Below, piece by piece: positions 24,186 to 37,760 of a stretch of 64,000 nucleotides of DNA (position 1 is the first letter of the stretch; every line of letters begins with the position of its first letter). The notes under the pieces were generated by a model. That model was given only the letters and a program-made list of their open reading frames with translations, was not told the origin of the DNA and made no database searches. Source of the DNA: Octopus sinensis (lineage: Eukaryota); NCBI RefSeq assembly GCF_006345805.1, contig NC_042998.1, positions 57,784,001 to 57,848,000 on the forward strand, written 5' to 3'. Made by a program: the position numbers and the translations under genes.

Positions 24186-24458
24186 GTGGTGCATGGTAAG
24201 TAGCTTGCTTACCAACCACATGATTCCGAGTTCAGTCCCACTGCGTGGCACCTTGGGGTAGTCTTCTACTATAGCCTAGGACCGACCAAATCCTTGTGAG
24301 TGGATTTGGTAGACGGAAACTGAAAGAAGACCGTCGTATAATATATATATATGTGTGTGTGTGTATGTCTCTGTCTGTGTGTCGGTGTTTGTCCCCCCAA
24401 CATCGCTTGACAACCGATGCTGGTGTGTTTACCTCCCCGTAACTGAGCGGTTCGGCAC
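24186..24458 (+). mobile_element. Family B tRNA-derived SINE with internal microsatellite, 3'-truncated
   Basis: ggtaagtagcttgcttaccaaccacatg.ttcc.agttcagtcccactgcgtggcaccttgg...(TA/TG)n...gtttgtcccccc. Confidence 0.85.
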
Positions 24459-24646
24459 ACACACACAAACACACACAGACACACACACACATATTTTTTT
24501 TCTCTTTATTTTCTCTCTTTGTTTCTTTCTGTGTTCCTGTGGAAGAGCGTAGGCTCGAAGCGTTAAAGCCTTTTTCACTTCCCGAGCTTTAAACTAATAC
24601 ATTTTTTTGTTGTCTACACCAGCTGTCTTCGTCTTTTGTTTCTTTT

Positions 24647-24686
<40 letters not shown>

Positions 24687-24724
24687 TTATATATATATAT
24701 ATATATATTAATATTGATAATAAT

Positions 24725-24767
<43 letters not shown>

Positions 24768-24819
24768 TAACAACAAACGAATGAATGAGACCTCGATATT
24801 ATGTAAAATAGAGGAATTT

Positions 24820-24975
24820 ATCTATAAATATAATATGTGACAATTAGTTGCTTTTCATAATAAAATTCAGAGTGTGTGAGTTTTGTCTTAATAACTGATG
24901 AAATGCCGGAGCAGACTTCAGCCCCGGTATCCGAAACTCTTAGTCTTAGCACGACAACCAAGTTATCGTCACCTA

Positions 24976-24980
<5 letters not shown>
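24820..24980. mobile_element. Small inverted Penelope-like terminus
   Basis: Both ends resemble the 13030-13150 motif in opposite orientations; hammerhead-like motif on the + strand. Confidence 0.5.
24892..24948 (+). ncRNA. Degenerate type I hammerhead motif
   Basis: TAA-CTGATGA-aATGCCGG(agcagacttcagcc)CCGGTATcc-GAA-ACT(ctt)AGT-C-TTA: GUC triplet; base of stem II imperfect. Confidence 0.5.
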
Positions 24981-25013
<33 letters not shown>

Positions 25014-25702
25014 ACACACACATATATGAAACAACAGGCTGATAGCAAGAAAGAATAATGAACAGGCAAATCTGTCTTACTTTACTAAGATTCAGGTAGC
25101 AGTACGTTCTGGGAATTATTCTGGCTGATAATTTTTGCCGTCTGCTTTCTTGTCTGTTTAATAACATCAATTTACTTGTAAGCATATTTTCTGCTGCTCT
25201 GTCTGAGTAATATGAGATATAAGGTGAAAGCGAAAGTAATGCCTATAGATGACAAAGAATATTTGGAATATTAAGTAATAAATCCAGTAATTTGCAGCAA
25301 ACAAGGTGTAAAAATGAGAAAACGGAGTGAAATCTTTTAAACGTAACAAAAACTCCGAAACAAGAAGGAAAAAAATAAAGGAACGAGAAAGAGGAAATGA
25401 TAATGGAATAAAGAAATTCCTTCAGATGTATATCTTGCATAATTCAACTGGAGGGCAAATAAACAACCAGATGAATCATCAGTATAGCATTTCTTGATAA
25501 ACATATAATGAATAGAAAATTAATGGAAAAAATGTTTAGTGCATGTATACTAAGAAAGCTCGCTTCGCAATCACGTGGTTTCGGTCATAGCACCTCCAGC
25601 AAGTGTCTTCTGTTACAGCCCTGGCCGAGGAATCGATCGATGCGTTTTGACTGACGGAATCTGTGTCAGTTTGTCGTGTTTATGCATAAATCGTGTGTGT
25701 GT

Positions 25703-25746
<44 letters not shown>

Positions 25747-25754
25747 GTGTGCGT

Positions 25755-25990
25755 TTGTGAAGGAGCTCGGTTTCGATTCCCAGAGCGGCGGTGCGTTGTG
25801 TGCATTAGCAAGAGTCTTCATTGCACATTGCTTCACTTCAGTGAACAGCAAATAGGTAACCCTGCCTCAGAATTGCATTTCGTTCATGTGAGATGTTAGT
25901 CTACTCACATAGCCAAGCGGATGGCATCTTTCAAAGGCTATGATAATGCTTAGAAGCGCATTTTACAAGCATTGCTTCACAACAAAAGAT
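25755..25990 (+). mobile_element. Old SINE with tRNA head and family E-like 3' region
   Basis: ggtttcgattccc B box, then gttagtctactcacatagccaagcggatggcatctttcaaaggct, similar to family E. Confidence 0.5.
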
Positions 25991-26503
25991 AGTCTGCTTA
26001 ATACATGATGGTGATGGTCGTCCACTCGCGATCGAAGAAGACAATTGCTGACCTTCAGGTATACCAGCATACATACATACCAGAGTAAGTACATAAATGT
26101 GAAACAAGGTGGGAAAAAAAGGTACCCGAATACCGGAGGTAGAGTAATATGCTTTATTAATAAAGTACACACCCCCCCACACAAATAATCATACACATAT
26201 CTGGGTGTATGTATACTTATTTGAGGATTAACAAGGCTACTACTGGTTATATGCCGAGATGTATACGAGTGCCTATGTTCCATATAGCAGGCTTGATAAT
26301 TGATCTCGACATGCAAACAATGGCAGCGTCGTTAACCCATAAAGAAAGAATATTTATCTACCAATGTGGTGTTGAGCACTCGTCCTCATTGTTAGACATT
26401 AGCGTATATATGAGTGTTTGTGTGTTATGGCATTCCACACAGTTCTTTGATATATATATATATATCTTAGAAGGTTTGGAGGTGATGTACAGGTATTATA
26501 TAT

Positions 26504-26712
26504 TAGAAAAAATAAGGTACTCAGAAATCTGGATGGTTGTACATTTACAGATTTTTATTACTAAGTCACATGTTTTTATGCATCATATATTAGCGCTTGC
26601 ATCTACTCTAGTAGAATCTCCAGATTCTACAAGAGAATAAAAACATGTGACATATTAATAAAAATCTGTAAATGTACAACCATCAAGATTTCTGAGTACC
26701 TCATTTTTTCTA
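26504..26712. mobile_element. Inverted-repeat element (~76-bp arms), probably a PLE terminus
   Basis: 26504-26579 is the reverse complement of 26637-26712 with ~5 differences; (TA)n on the left; small hairpin gtagaatct/agattctac in the spacer. Confidence 0.65.
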
Positions 26713-26889
26713 AATGCCACATAGCAGAGGAAATTTTCCAAGTAATGAAGTTGTAGCGAAACTAACGCTGACGCTCCAGAAAGTCTGCGGTTCTCATTCT
26801 GAGAATAGTAAAAGAGTAAACGTGTGTGTGTTTATATATATGGATGTATGTATACATACATACATATATATATGTATGTATGTATGTAT

Positions 26890-26934
<45 letters not shown>

Positions 26935-26936
<2 letters not shown>

Positions 26937-27056
26937 GGCCTGCTCGCTTAGCCAGCGGGATGGCGTCATTTGAAGGCTAAAACAATGCAAAACGCATTGT
27001 GACCAGCGATGTATAGCAACATCTGATAGCCTGGTCAGTCACGCTGATCACGGTGA
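26935..27056 (+). mobile_element. Family E short element in (TA)n
   Basis: Homologous to 21096-21217. Confidence 0.85.
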
Positions 27057-27626
27057 TATATATATATGTATGTATGTATGTATATATGTGTGTATGTATA
27101 TGTATATGTATATATATGTGTGTGCGTGTGTGTGCGTGTATAAATATAATATACATATACATTGTGTGTGTATTTTTGGCTCTGCTTACCACCTACACCA
27201 ACCGCTTGACAACTGCTGTTGGTTTGTTTGTGTCCCCAGTGTTTTGCAGTTCGGCAATAAGAACATAGAGTACCAGACTTAAAATAAAACAAAAAAACAA
27301 CTTAATAAAATACAGAAAAAAACAAATGTACTGGGGCCGATTTGTTGAACTAAAAGCCTTCAAGTCCGTGCCCGATTATGGCCGCGGCCTAATCTGCAAT
27401 GATGAAAAGATAAAAGACAGAGGCGAATGCTTTATCGAAATAGATTCAAAAGAATGCTACTAACCTCAATTATCATCATTGTGTTGGGTTAAGGTGGGAA
27501 AGATACAATTTGACAAATATCCAAATTTCTCAGTGGAACTACTCCGTTCAACACAATTACAATTATGTTAACAGATACTTTCAACATCGGAATAAATAAA
27601 CAGCGAGAATGATATCAAGTATAGCA

Positions 27627-27657
<31 letters not shown>

Positions 27658-27812
27658 CTATATATATATATATATATATAATTTAAATAATGAGGGAAAT
27701 AAATTGAATATTAATTTAATTAACATCAATTTAAAACCAGTAGCCTATCATGTACAAAAATCTGAAAATTCATAAAAATTGTAATACATCCCTTATTATA
27801 CGCATGTATATA

Positions 27813-27857
<45 letters not shown>

Positions 27858-27904
27858 ATATATATCTATATGTGTGTGTGTGTGTATGTATATATATATA
27901 TATA

Positions 27905-27964
<60 letters not shown>

Positions 27965-28289
27965 TTCATATATATGGACATGTATATGTATATGTATATA
28001 TATATATATATGTGTATATATATGTATATGTAGCAGAAATATGTTAACCAAACAAACTAAAAGGAACTATTTTGTAGTTTTATTCTAACAGGCCTACCGT
28101 ACCCCGATTAATGTCAAATACTACTAACCCAAGGACAGTTCTATGTTATCCTCGTAGTAGTCTACAACGCCAGTCGCACTTCTAAACCATGATATTCTAC
28201 ATTACATAAAATACTAGTAATATTCACTTCATTCGTAGCCCTTATGTGAAATAAAAAGATTAATAATATTGGTCTTAAATTTTGGTAGA

Positions 28290-28735
28290 AATCCAGCTGT
28301 TTCGAGGAAGGAGCTAAGTCAATTGCATCGATCTCAGTGTTCAACTGGTAGGTATTTTTCAACCCCCAAAAGAATGAAAGTCAAAGTTGACCCCGAGAGT
28401 ATTTGAACTCAGAACGTAGTAACGGGCGAAATGCCACTAAGCTTTTTGTCTGGCGTGTTAACGATTCAGCTAGTTCACCTTGAAAAAGAAAGTAATAGCG
28501 AATAATATTAATTCTGCTTATAAGACGGTGGGCTGGTTGAATCGTTATCACCCCGGGAGTGATACTTAACGGCGTTGTGTCCGTCTTAACGTTCTGAGTT
28601 CACATTCCGCTTTGCTCGACTTTGCTTTGCATCCTTTCAAGATAAAGGAAGCACTAGTTGAGCACTGGCGGTGATTTAATTGGCTTAGCCCTTCATGCGA
28701 AATTGTTAGCTTGGTGCCAAATCTTGAAACCAATA
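28290..28735. mobile_element. Divergent pair of family A SINEs (28290-28480 minus, 28525-28735 plus)
   Basis: atttgaactcagaacg on the minus copy; cgttctgagttcacattccgc on the plus copy. Confidence 0.75.
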
Positions 28736-28835
28736 TGGTTATTTTAATTATTTATTTTGCAGAAATTTTAAGAACTGTGTATAAACAAACAAGCATAAAT
28801 CTTAAATATATATATTCTGTGCATCATTTTGCTTA

Positions 28836-29207
28836 TTACCTTTTATCTGTTCCAGTCACTGACAGTGGCCATGCTGGGGCGTTGCCTTGAAATGGTTTAG
28901 CCAAAAGAGTCGATCTCAATACTTAATTTTTTAAAGCCTGATATTTGTTTCATCGGAAACTGGTGATTTACGAGGACGTAAACAAACCAACACTGGTTGT
29001 CAAGCTGTGGTGGTGGACAAACACAAACACACAAACCCATAGAAATATAGACAAATGTACAATACAGGCTTCTTCCAGTTTCCTTACACCAGATTCCACT
29101 CATAAGGCCGGCTCGGGGCTATAGTAGAAACAAGTTATCCAAGCTGCCCTGCAGAGACACTAACCCCGAAACCACGTGATCGGGAAGCAAACATCTTACT
29201 ACACACC
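28836..29207 (-). mobile_element. Family B SINE, degenerate
   Basis: ggccatgctggggc...gtttccttacaccagattccactcataagg...ctatagtaga. Confidence 0.7.
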
Positions 29208-29239
29208 AATGTCTGATTCAAACTTTTCGTCCCGCCAAA

Positions 29240-30560
29240 TATAACGAAAAAGTAATTATGCCCCTTGTACACTGCGCAGCCAACAAAGACCTTTTAGTCT
29301 TTGAGTTTGTGCTTTGCAATGAAAGTGGAAATATTCCTAATCGACGCTGATTCAGATATTTTAGAAACTTCAATGAAAGGTCTTTTTTGTCATCATTTTA
29401 ACAAAGCATTCCGTAGCACTAAGTTTAGCTAATTTCTAGCCTTGTCATAGTTTTTGCAGATTTTTCTCCGTTTTCTCATTAACTATCTTTCTTTTCAGCT
29501 TCTGTTTCCGATCTATGAATAAAACAGAAAATAGGGATTCATTTTTATTCTACGTGATACAAAGCTATTTCTGTTAATGTTCCATTATTCTCTACCACAA
29601 ATTTTTGTAATCCTACGGTCGATATTTTGTAATAGCTTCCTAACTGCATTAGACTTCTGACTTTCTGTATCCCCACTTTCAATAGCAAATTCTCGAATTC
29701 ACAGTGTAAATGCAGTGTTTTTATTTTATTTTCTTTCGAGTCTTACTAGTTTATTTTGGCCCTGTAGAAAATATTATTTTCTGTAAATTATTTAAGCTAT
29801 CTTATCTGTGTGCTTTCGCCGCAGCTATAGGCCTCAAAATTATTTTTGTTGCTGTTGCCCTTGATACTGAATTGATTTTTATTATTCTTTTCACCGAGTT
29901 CCTGATAAAATCATTCTGGGATAGAATTGGACTCTTTGTTTCTCTTTTGATTTATTGTTTTTCATAACAACGAGTAGGAGTATGTCTTGTTTTATGAACT
30001 CTTAGATTTGAATATGTATTGTATTAGCTCTTCCTTGCTTCCTTCCTTTCTTTTTATTGAATTTGTTAAGGACTAAGATAACTTTTCTCTTATTTTCTAA
30101 CCTTGTCCGTGCGTGTTTTCCACGTTGTTTGCTTAGGTTTTCATATTTCTATTTAAGTAAACCTGACTAACTGTTTTCTTTTGTGACGACAGTGGCTGTT
30201 GCATATATTATTTCATTTAGTCAGGTGATATCGATGTTTGTGTCTGTAGTAACTACATATGTGACAAATATGTTTGCGAATTTTCTGCCGTTGGTATTTC
30301 CTCATTGTGTTTTATATCAATGCTTTGCACTTTTATATGTTTGTCCAGAGGAAAATCGATTAGTTTCATTTCTTGAATTATTTCCAATTTTACATTGTTA
30401 TAGCTATGATTTCCTCCATCAGAATTTCCTATTCTTAAATCTTACTCATATTTTCTTTAATATACTACTGCTTATGTTGATCTAGTTTGTCTTTGAGTGT
30501 ACAGGATGCATTTTGCGATTTGCATTTAATTTTTATTTTATTTATTTTCATTTATTTTGC
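29240..30560 (-). mobile_element. Decayed R4/Dong-type (RLE) non-LTR retrotransposon ORF remnant
   Basis: Frame fragments IDIT*LNEIIYATATVVT, PKQTTWKTR, FYQELGEK and TKRSLLAAQ resemble, in the expected order, motifs I recall from R4/Dong ORFs; many stops and frameshifts. Confidence 0.55.
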
Positions 30561-30709
30561 AAGTGTTAATTTCGTCTTCGAGGTCTAATTTGTTTCTAGA
30601 TAAAAAAATTTTACACTTGCACTTTTCATGCTTATTATACATTACATCCAAAATACGCATCCTCTGATTTAAAACTTGGACTATATCATTATTATTATTA
30701 TTTCATCCC

Positions 30710-30840
30710 TCTTCACGTTCTAAGTTGAAATTCCGCAAAGGTCGAATTTACATTTCATCTTTTCGGGGTCGATAAAATAAGTACCAGACTTATCCATTCC
30801 ACTGAAACTGCTGGGGCTGTGCCAAAATTTGAAATCATTA
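30710..30840 (+). mobile_element. Family A SINE (partial) with (ATT)n tail
   Basis: cgttctaagttgaaattccgc...cggggtcgataaaataagtacc...ccaaaatttgaaatcattatt. Confidence 0.7.
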
Positions 30841-30854
30841 TTATTATTATTATT

Positions 30855-31376
30855 GAGTGAGCGAGCAGAGCATGCCAGTATACCCATCATGACTACCCGT
30901 CTGATAAGGGTACACCAGGCACATGCATCACAACCATATGTGCGCGACATGGTGATCTCATATCAAGATAAACAGCACATGACCTTGCAGGTGGAGCCCA
31001 GTTAAAATTTTCTTCAGATCGAGTAACCCATCCCGCTCAAAAGGTCCCTGAATAAGGGTTATTTAAGGACGTTGAACGAAACACCCATCTTTCCAGAGGT
31101 GAATCATTCAAACCCCAAAGAATCCTTCTCAACACATGGCTATGATGCTCCCCCACTACTTCTGCTCGTGATCAGAGATGCACATATCGTCAGCCACTAA
31201 GGGACATGCTCAACTGGTTAAGGTCAAACAACTGACAAGCAAATCTGTGGTATTGCGCAGAATATTTGCTGTAGCCCATCTTTTATACCAAGACAAAACA
31301 ATGTACATGATAATACTTCCAATCAGTTAAGATCAGAAGCCATGAGAGCCACTGCCTGGTACTGCATCAGGGCATT
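30855..31376 (-). mobile_element. ~520-bp non-coding retro-element inserted in an (ATT)n tract
   Basis: GC-richer block flanked on both sides by (ATT)n; I recognise it as a common octopus interspersed repeat (from memory). Confidence 0.65.
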
Positions 31377-31450
31377 TATTATTATTATTATTATTATCTT
31401 CATCATCATCATCATCATCATCATCATTATCATCATTATTAGTATTAATG

Positions 31451-31498
<48 letters not shown>

Positions 31499-32214
31499 TT
31501 TTATTGACTTTTTTGAGTGTCTTAAATAATCCAGTAGAAAAACAAGATTTGGATTTAATGGAAGGAAATTTGTGCGTATAATTTTATCGATAAAAGACTT
31601 TGAATCAGTTTCAGTATTCATACCTTTTAACTTAGGGTGGAAAAAAAATTTATCTTCGGAAACTTTACACTTTTATGTCTTGTAAAGTTTTTATTGTATT
31701 GGGAAGAAGTATTCCGCGCAGTGAAGGTAGTCACTGACAGAAAGAAATACAGCAACGAAAAAGTGTGACGAAAAGCCTATTACGCATTGGAATTCTATGT
31801 AATTCACAGTTCTGCGAAGGCCCACTCACGCTCCCTCCCTTCTTCTCTTTCTATTTCTCTCCCTCTCTTTCTCTCTCTCCTTCTGTCATACACAAACACA
31901 CACTCAAAACGTGAAAAGCAAGAGAGTAGTAATACATTAGTTGAGTTTCTACTCTGTGAAACATTCTACTCGGTGAAACAGAGACTCGTAGTGGAAACCA
32001 CACTTACAGCCTACCATCTATTAACTTGCAATTAAGAAGACATGAGATATTTCTTGCGTTTCCGATACCATGAACAAGAAGTGGTAAATGCTCAGTGGTG
32101 TCTCGGTGTATTCTGACTCATCATAATTTGCAAACCTCAGTCGTATGTAGGTTGTTGCTCCACCGAATTCCAAGTAATTACAACGTAGCTTTTTAATTAT
32201 TACGAATGTTTATA

Positions 32215-32410
32215 ATACTCTTTTACTCTTTTACTTGTTTCAGTCATTTGACTGCGGTCATGCTGGAGCACCGCCTTTAGTCGAGCAAATCGACCCCAGG
32301 ACTTATTCTTTGGAAGCCTAGTACTTATTCTATCGGTCTCTTTTGCCGAACCGCTAAGTTACGGAGACGTAAACACACCAGCATCGGTTGTCAAGCGATG
32401 TTGGGGGACT
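32215..32410 (-). mobile_element. Family B SINE 3' half
   Basis: tactcttttactcttttacttgtttcagtcatttgactgcgg...gtcaagcgatgttggggg. Confidence 0.85.
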
Positions 32411-32453
32411 CTGGGTGAGACTTGTAGAAATGTAAAGCAAAAGTCAAACATAA

Positions 32454-32508
<55 letters not shown>

Positions 32509-32564
32509 TAATAATAATAATAATAATAATAACAACAATGATAATAATAATAATTAATATATTG

Positions 32565-32791
32565 TCGCTGGCTGGCAGAGTTGTTAGCGCATCGGATATA
32601 ATGCTTAGCAGCGTTTTTGCCAGTTCTTTATTTTCGGAGCTCTAATCCCGTCGAGGTTGACATTGCCTTTCATCTTTTCGGAGTCGATAAATAAGTACTT
32701 GTCATGTTCTGGGGTTGACATTATTGATGTTATTGACTGGCCCCTTCTTAAAAAATTTCAGCTCTTCTGTCTTATACCTATAGTAGAATGA

Positions 32792-32853
<62 letters not shown>

Positions 32854-33070
32854 AATGTATTGAATATCCAGTATCGTTAGACATCGGACAAAATGCCTGC
32901 GGTATTTCATCACCATCCTCGCCTTCTGAATCCATACCGCGCCAAAGTCAACATTTCCTATCTTTTCGAGGTTCGATAAGATAAGATACTAATCAAACAT
33001 TGGGTATTTTATGGTTTCTATTACTCTACCTCCCCTCAAAAATTGCCGGCCTTGTACTTAAAACAGAAAT
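32565..33070 (+). mobile_element. Two family A SINE copies separated by (ATT)n
   Basis: ctggcagagttgttagc...cggagtcgataaataagtac (32565-32790) and a degenerate copy at 32865-33070. Confidence 0.7.
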
Positions 33071-33769
33071 CACCACTACCACCACCACCACTATGGTCAT
33101 CATGACCGTCGTCTTCGTCGTCACCTTCATCATTCTGATTTTAACAGATTCCTGTGTAAGGTGTGTGCCGACTTATCGTTTAAGAATGTAGAATATTGTG
33201 TTTGCATATCGGGTCTGTTTTGCTTGGTTATTGAGTGTATTTTGTTGTTCCTGATGTTTACTGTTTACATCAGTGTTTTGTTTGTTGTGTAGAATATGTA
33301 CAATATGAGTTGTGTTATTTTGTTTGTTGGTGATCATGTACTGTGTGTACTGTATAGATTACGTTAGTTGTGTTATATTATTGGGTGGTAATATGAGCTG
33401 CGTGTGCTGTTGGTGGTGTGTGGGATGTGTTATTGTATTGAATATCGATTATGTAAGAGTATGCTTTGTGTTATTTTATCGGTGGTAATTGTGTAAAGCG
33501 TTTGCTGTGTGGGTTGTGATATATTATCGAAAGAACAAGGGTGGGGAACCTTTTTATATTGAAAAGCTGCTTTCAATTAAATGAAATTTAAGACTGATAC
33601 ATGAAAGAAAGATATTAAATATACAGAAAATTGTAATTACATTTCTGCTGAAAATTATATAATTAGAAATATTAATCATAATTATTTTATTATTATAATT
33701 ATTTAAGTAAGAAATATACAGAAAAACTAGAAATTTATAGGTGTAAAGAATTTAAGAATATTGATTTCT

Positions 33770-33977
33770 AATTTTGGAACAAGGCCAGCAGTTTCGTGCA
33801 AAAGGGTTTCGTGGATCGCATTGACCCTTGTGTTCGAGTGGTACTTATTTCATCGACCCTGACAAGGATGGAAAGCAAAATCACGCAAGTGGAATTTGAA
33901 CTCAGAACTTAAAGACGGACGAAATGCTGCTAGGCACCCTGTCCGGCGTGCTAACGATTCTGCTAGCTCGCCACCCA
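33770..33977 (-). mobile_element. Family A SINE
   Basis: ggaatttgaactcagaac...gctaacgattctgctagctcgccacc. Confidence 0.8.
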
Positions 33978-34371
33978 AGAATTTAAGAATATTATTATAT
34001 ATTATATAATAATATGTTATCAAGAATATTTAGCCTTTACTCAGAATCCAAACCTTTACTAGAAAGTATCATTTAAAGGAGTCAAAGATCACAGGTTACT
34101 CATACCTGGAGAAGAGTATATCTTTTTGCTAATAAGCACTGATAGTATATAGTATGTATTGTGTAGGTTGGGTTATATAATTGCGCCTTGGTTCCGTATA
34201 GTGTGTGTTGCCGAATTGATTTGAAGGTGATATCGACTATACAGTGTATCAGACAGGACGATTTTATGAACTATGAGTAGAGGTTTAAGTGCAGCAATGT
34301 TTTATCAGTGTTTTTGTGTCTGTTCTTTATTATCCATTGTTTTCTAATTATTATCATTATTATCATCATAT

Positions 34372-34533
34372 GCGTAGGAGTGGCTGTGTGGTAAGTAGCT
34401 TGCTTACGAACCACATGGATCCGGCTTCAGTCCCACTGTGTGGCACTTTGGGCAAGTGTCTTCTACTATAGCCTCGGGCCGATCAAAGCACTGCGAGTGG
34501 ATTTGGTAGACGGAAACCGAAAGAAACCGGTCG

Positions 34534-34611
<78 letters not shown>

Positions 34612-34803
34612 TTTGTTTGTGTATATGTTTGTGTGTCTGTGTTTGTCCCCCCAACATCGCTTGACAACCGATGCTGGTGTGTTTATGTTCCCGTAACTTA
34701 CCGGTTCTGCAAAACTGTCCGATATAATAAGTACTAGGCTTACAAAGAATAAGTCACGGGGTCGATTTGCTCGACTAAATGACTGAAATAAGTACAAGAG
34801 TAA
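34372..34803 (+). mobile_element. Family B SINE, near full length
   Basis: gcgtaggagtggctgtgtggtaagtagc...(TA)(TG)n...gactgaaataagtacaagag. Confidence 0.9.
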
Positions 34804-34819
34804 ACGAATCTATTTATCA

Positions 34820-35050
34820 TTCTTCTTTTTCTTCTCTTCTTCTTCTTCCTTTTCTTCTTCTTCTTCTTCTTCTTTTTCTTCTTCTTCTTCTTCTTCTTCT
34901 TCTTCTTCTTCTTCTTCTTCTGCTGAGGTCGACTTTGCCTTACATCATATCCGGGGGTCTACAAAATAAGTGCCAATAGAATACTGGGGTCATTGTAATC
35001 GATTTACCACTTCCCCGAAATTGCTGGCCTTGTACCAAAATTTGAAATCA
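34820..35050 (+). repeat. (TTC)n tract joined to a 5'-truncated family A SINE
   Basis: TTC repeats to 34920, then gaggtcgactttgcctt...ccaaaatttgaaatc. Confidence 0.75.
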
Positions 35051-35834
35051 TTGTTGTTGTTGTTGCTGCCGCCTCTACTGCTGCTGTCTCTACCGCTGCT
35101 GCTGCTGTTGTTGCTAGTCGTATGTTGTTGTTCGTATTCAACATCTGCTACTTATTTCCATTTCAAAATCATTGTAATGTGATAGATTCTCGACTTTGTG
35201 ACCGTTGCACATAAAGTCAAACTAGTCGGTCAATATCAAATCTAAAAGACACTCGAAGTGAACAATGTATATAGCGAACTATTACTGAATGATAGAAAAA
35301 TACCATTCTGTGTTCTGTTATAAAACTTTTGTAATGTCCCTGAGATTTGAGATTTGAATAGTCAGGTTATCAGTAAGTCCCAAGACAGGAGTTCGCCAAC
35401 AGGATCGACGGGAATCTATTTTAAATTATAAATAATGCTTACAAGAATAGTAAAAAGAGAATGGCAATATATATTGATACAAATAAAGAAACAAGCAAAA
35501 TGTAATGGCGTAGATAACCTGAGAGTGTAGACTGCAAACAGAATCAATTCCCATAATGAGAAATACCATAAATGATAAGCAAAGATAAAGCTAGACTGTA
35601 TTACCATGACATCGGGATTTACAGACACAAAATATATAAGATGCTGGAGTTCTAAGTCGGTGCAAGTCATACAATACAGATGGTGAGTGAGGACATGTGT
35701 TTTATCTGAACGGGAGAAAATGAAGTTTTAATAATAAAAGACAAAAGAAACAAAATTGCTACCAGAGAAAGTGTTTGTCCTGAAACGTCAAATGCTGCTT
35801 GGCGACTTCGTTTCTGCTTTTTACAGGTTCAGGA

Positions 35835-36170
35835 ATGTATGTGTAGTTAAGAATCTTGCTTTGCAATCACGTGGTTTCAGGTTTAATCCCACTACACGGT
35901 ACGTTGGTTAATTGTCTTTTATTATAGCTCCGGGTCAACCAATGACTTGCGATTTTCGTAGACGGAAATTGTGTAGAAGCCCGTCAAATATGTGTGTGTG
36001 TGTTTGTGTATGTGCGCACGATTTTCTGCGCATGTGTGTGTGTCTCCGTTTGTGTGTCTCATTCCACGTCGCAATTGGTGTTGATTCATCAAAAGAAACC
36101 TACAGAATAGATATGAGACTTAACATTGAAGGACTGCGGTGATTTTATTTTACTAAAGCCCAGCATGGCC
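35835..36170 (+). mobile_element. Family B SINE, degenerate
   Basis: cttgctttgcaatcacgtggtttcaggtttaatccc...cgtagacggaaattg. Confidence 0.6.
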
Positions 36171-37760
36171 TCAGAATAATCACCAAAAACAAACAAAAAG
36201 CAAAAGAAAACATTGTCCACTCATATTACACAGAGAAATGTCAATGCAGCAGAAAATACAAAAGCAAAAAGAACAAAAGAAAAAATGAAAGCACAGCATG
36301 CAGCCAAGACACACAGCTACCAGTTGAGTTCGAGGAAACCTCACAAGAAAGAAAACTTAAATATATTGAATACATATTAATCTTCGAGTACATATTTACG
36401 ACATCATATTAACTTGTCTTTTTTTATTTGCAAAACAACATAGCAGAGAAAAATACAACTAAATCAATAAGCATCCATTTCAACTAATCTTATAGAAGTT
36501 AACCAGTTTTTATTTTGTGTTAAGTAAATTAAAACCTCATATTTACGGCTCCTTTATAATCTGGCATATTATACTTGAAATAATTGAAATAATTGACACA
36601 CACACACACACACACACATACACACACAGACACACACACACACACATACACATACACGTTTGTATGTATGTCTGTTATAAAGTATTTATTTAATGTTTTA
36701 ATCAACATCAGTGGGATGCTTGTCCGAATAATGAAAACATATTCCAGAATTTGATGAGATTAAATAAAAAGCAACAAAAAAAAATCAAACAAACAGACAA
36801 AAACGAAAAGGAGCCACCGTCGCCATTGCCGGTTCTACCTTAACTATCGACAACTAACAAACAACCGGCGCCACCAACGGTAACCAAACGACCACTATAA
36901 TAATAGTATTAAAGCCTCTGCCACCACCACCACCACCACCACCACTCTCATGACTACCAGCGATAAACAAGCGCCATCACTACTGCCACCATCACCACGA
37001 AAATTTACCATTAGAACCACTAGCGTTGCGCCACGACATCTCTGTAGTCCTCTCCTTCGTATTATGCTTTTTTAAAAATTTTACTATTCATTCTCTCTAT
37101 TATTTATATTTTCTCTAAGTTTTTTTCCTCTTTTTTTCCAGGCATTCTTTATGTCTTTCATTTTGCTTTCTATCTCTGCGATGCTTTCTTTCTCTCTATA
37201 TATCTCCTGTTGAAGTTGATACTTCATTCATTCCGCTATTCTCTTGATTCAATTTTCTCCCACTCATTCTCTCAATCACGCCCTTCCTCTATCGCTTTAT
37301 GTCTGTATGTTTCGTTATCCTAACTAAAGTTGCCACTGCCATCACAACTACTGCTACTACTAACGCTCTCTTTCCCACGTTGTTTAAGCTATTGCTATAG
37401 CGGAATACTCACAGTATAGCCGTTTAAATAGCTACAAACAATGGTGTTAATATCAAGATGTTTTGTCTCCACTTGATGTAAACATTTTATTGATTCCCCA
37501 TCATTAAATCCATCAGAAATATATTACATGCTGATTCAATTAGCGAGAATATTATCTTGAGGTGTGATGACAATAAGTCTCCTCAAATCTTAAGAATCTT
37601 TCTTAAGATTCAGGCAGAATATTCACTAGCACTTTTCTCCGGGTCAATAATGCGAGTCTCAGTTCCCATCTCTTTCAGTTTCTTACTTATCGGTTTGGGC
37701 GTTGTGTCAAGTGCACCACTTACTATCGGAATAATTATTGTTTTAATATTCCACAACCTA

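Noticed and set aside
24818-25069. Protein-like ORFs GDDNLVVVLRLRVSDTGAEVC (-) and VLITDEMPEQTSAPVSE (+) as exons
   Set aside because: The segment is homologous to the repeat at 13030-13150 and is explained by a hammerhead-bearing PLE terminus.
35180-35420. Possible CR1-type RT remnant (DF..VAHK, ..PKTG)
   Set aside because: Too degenerate to support beyond a hint.
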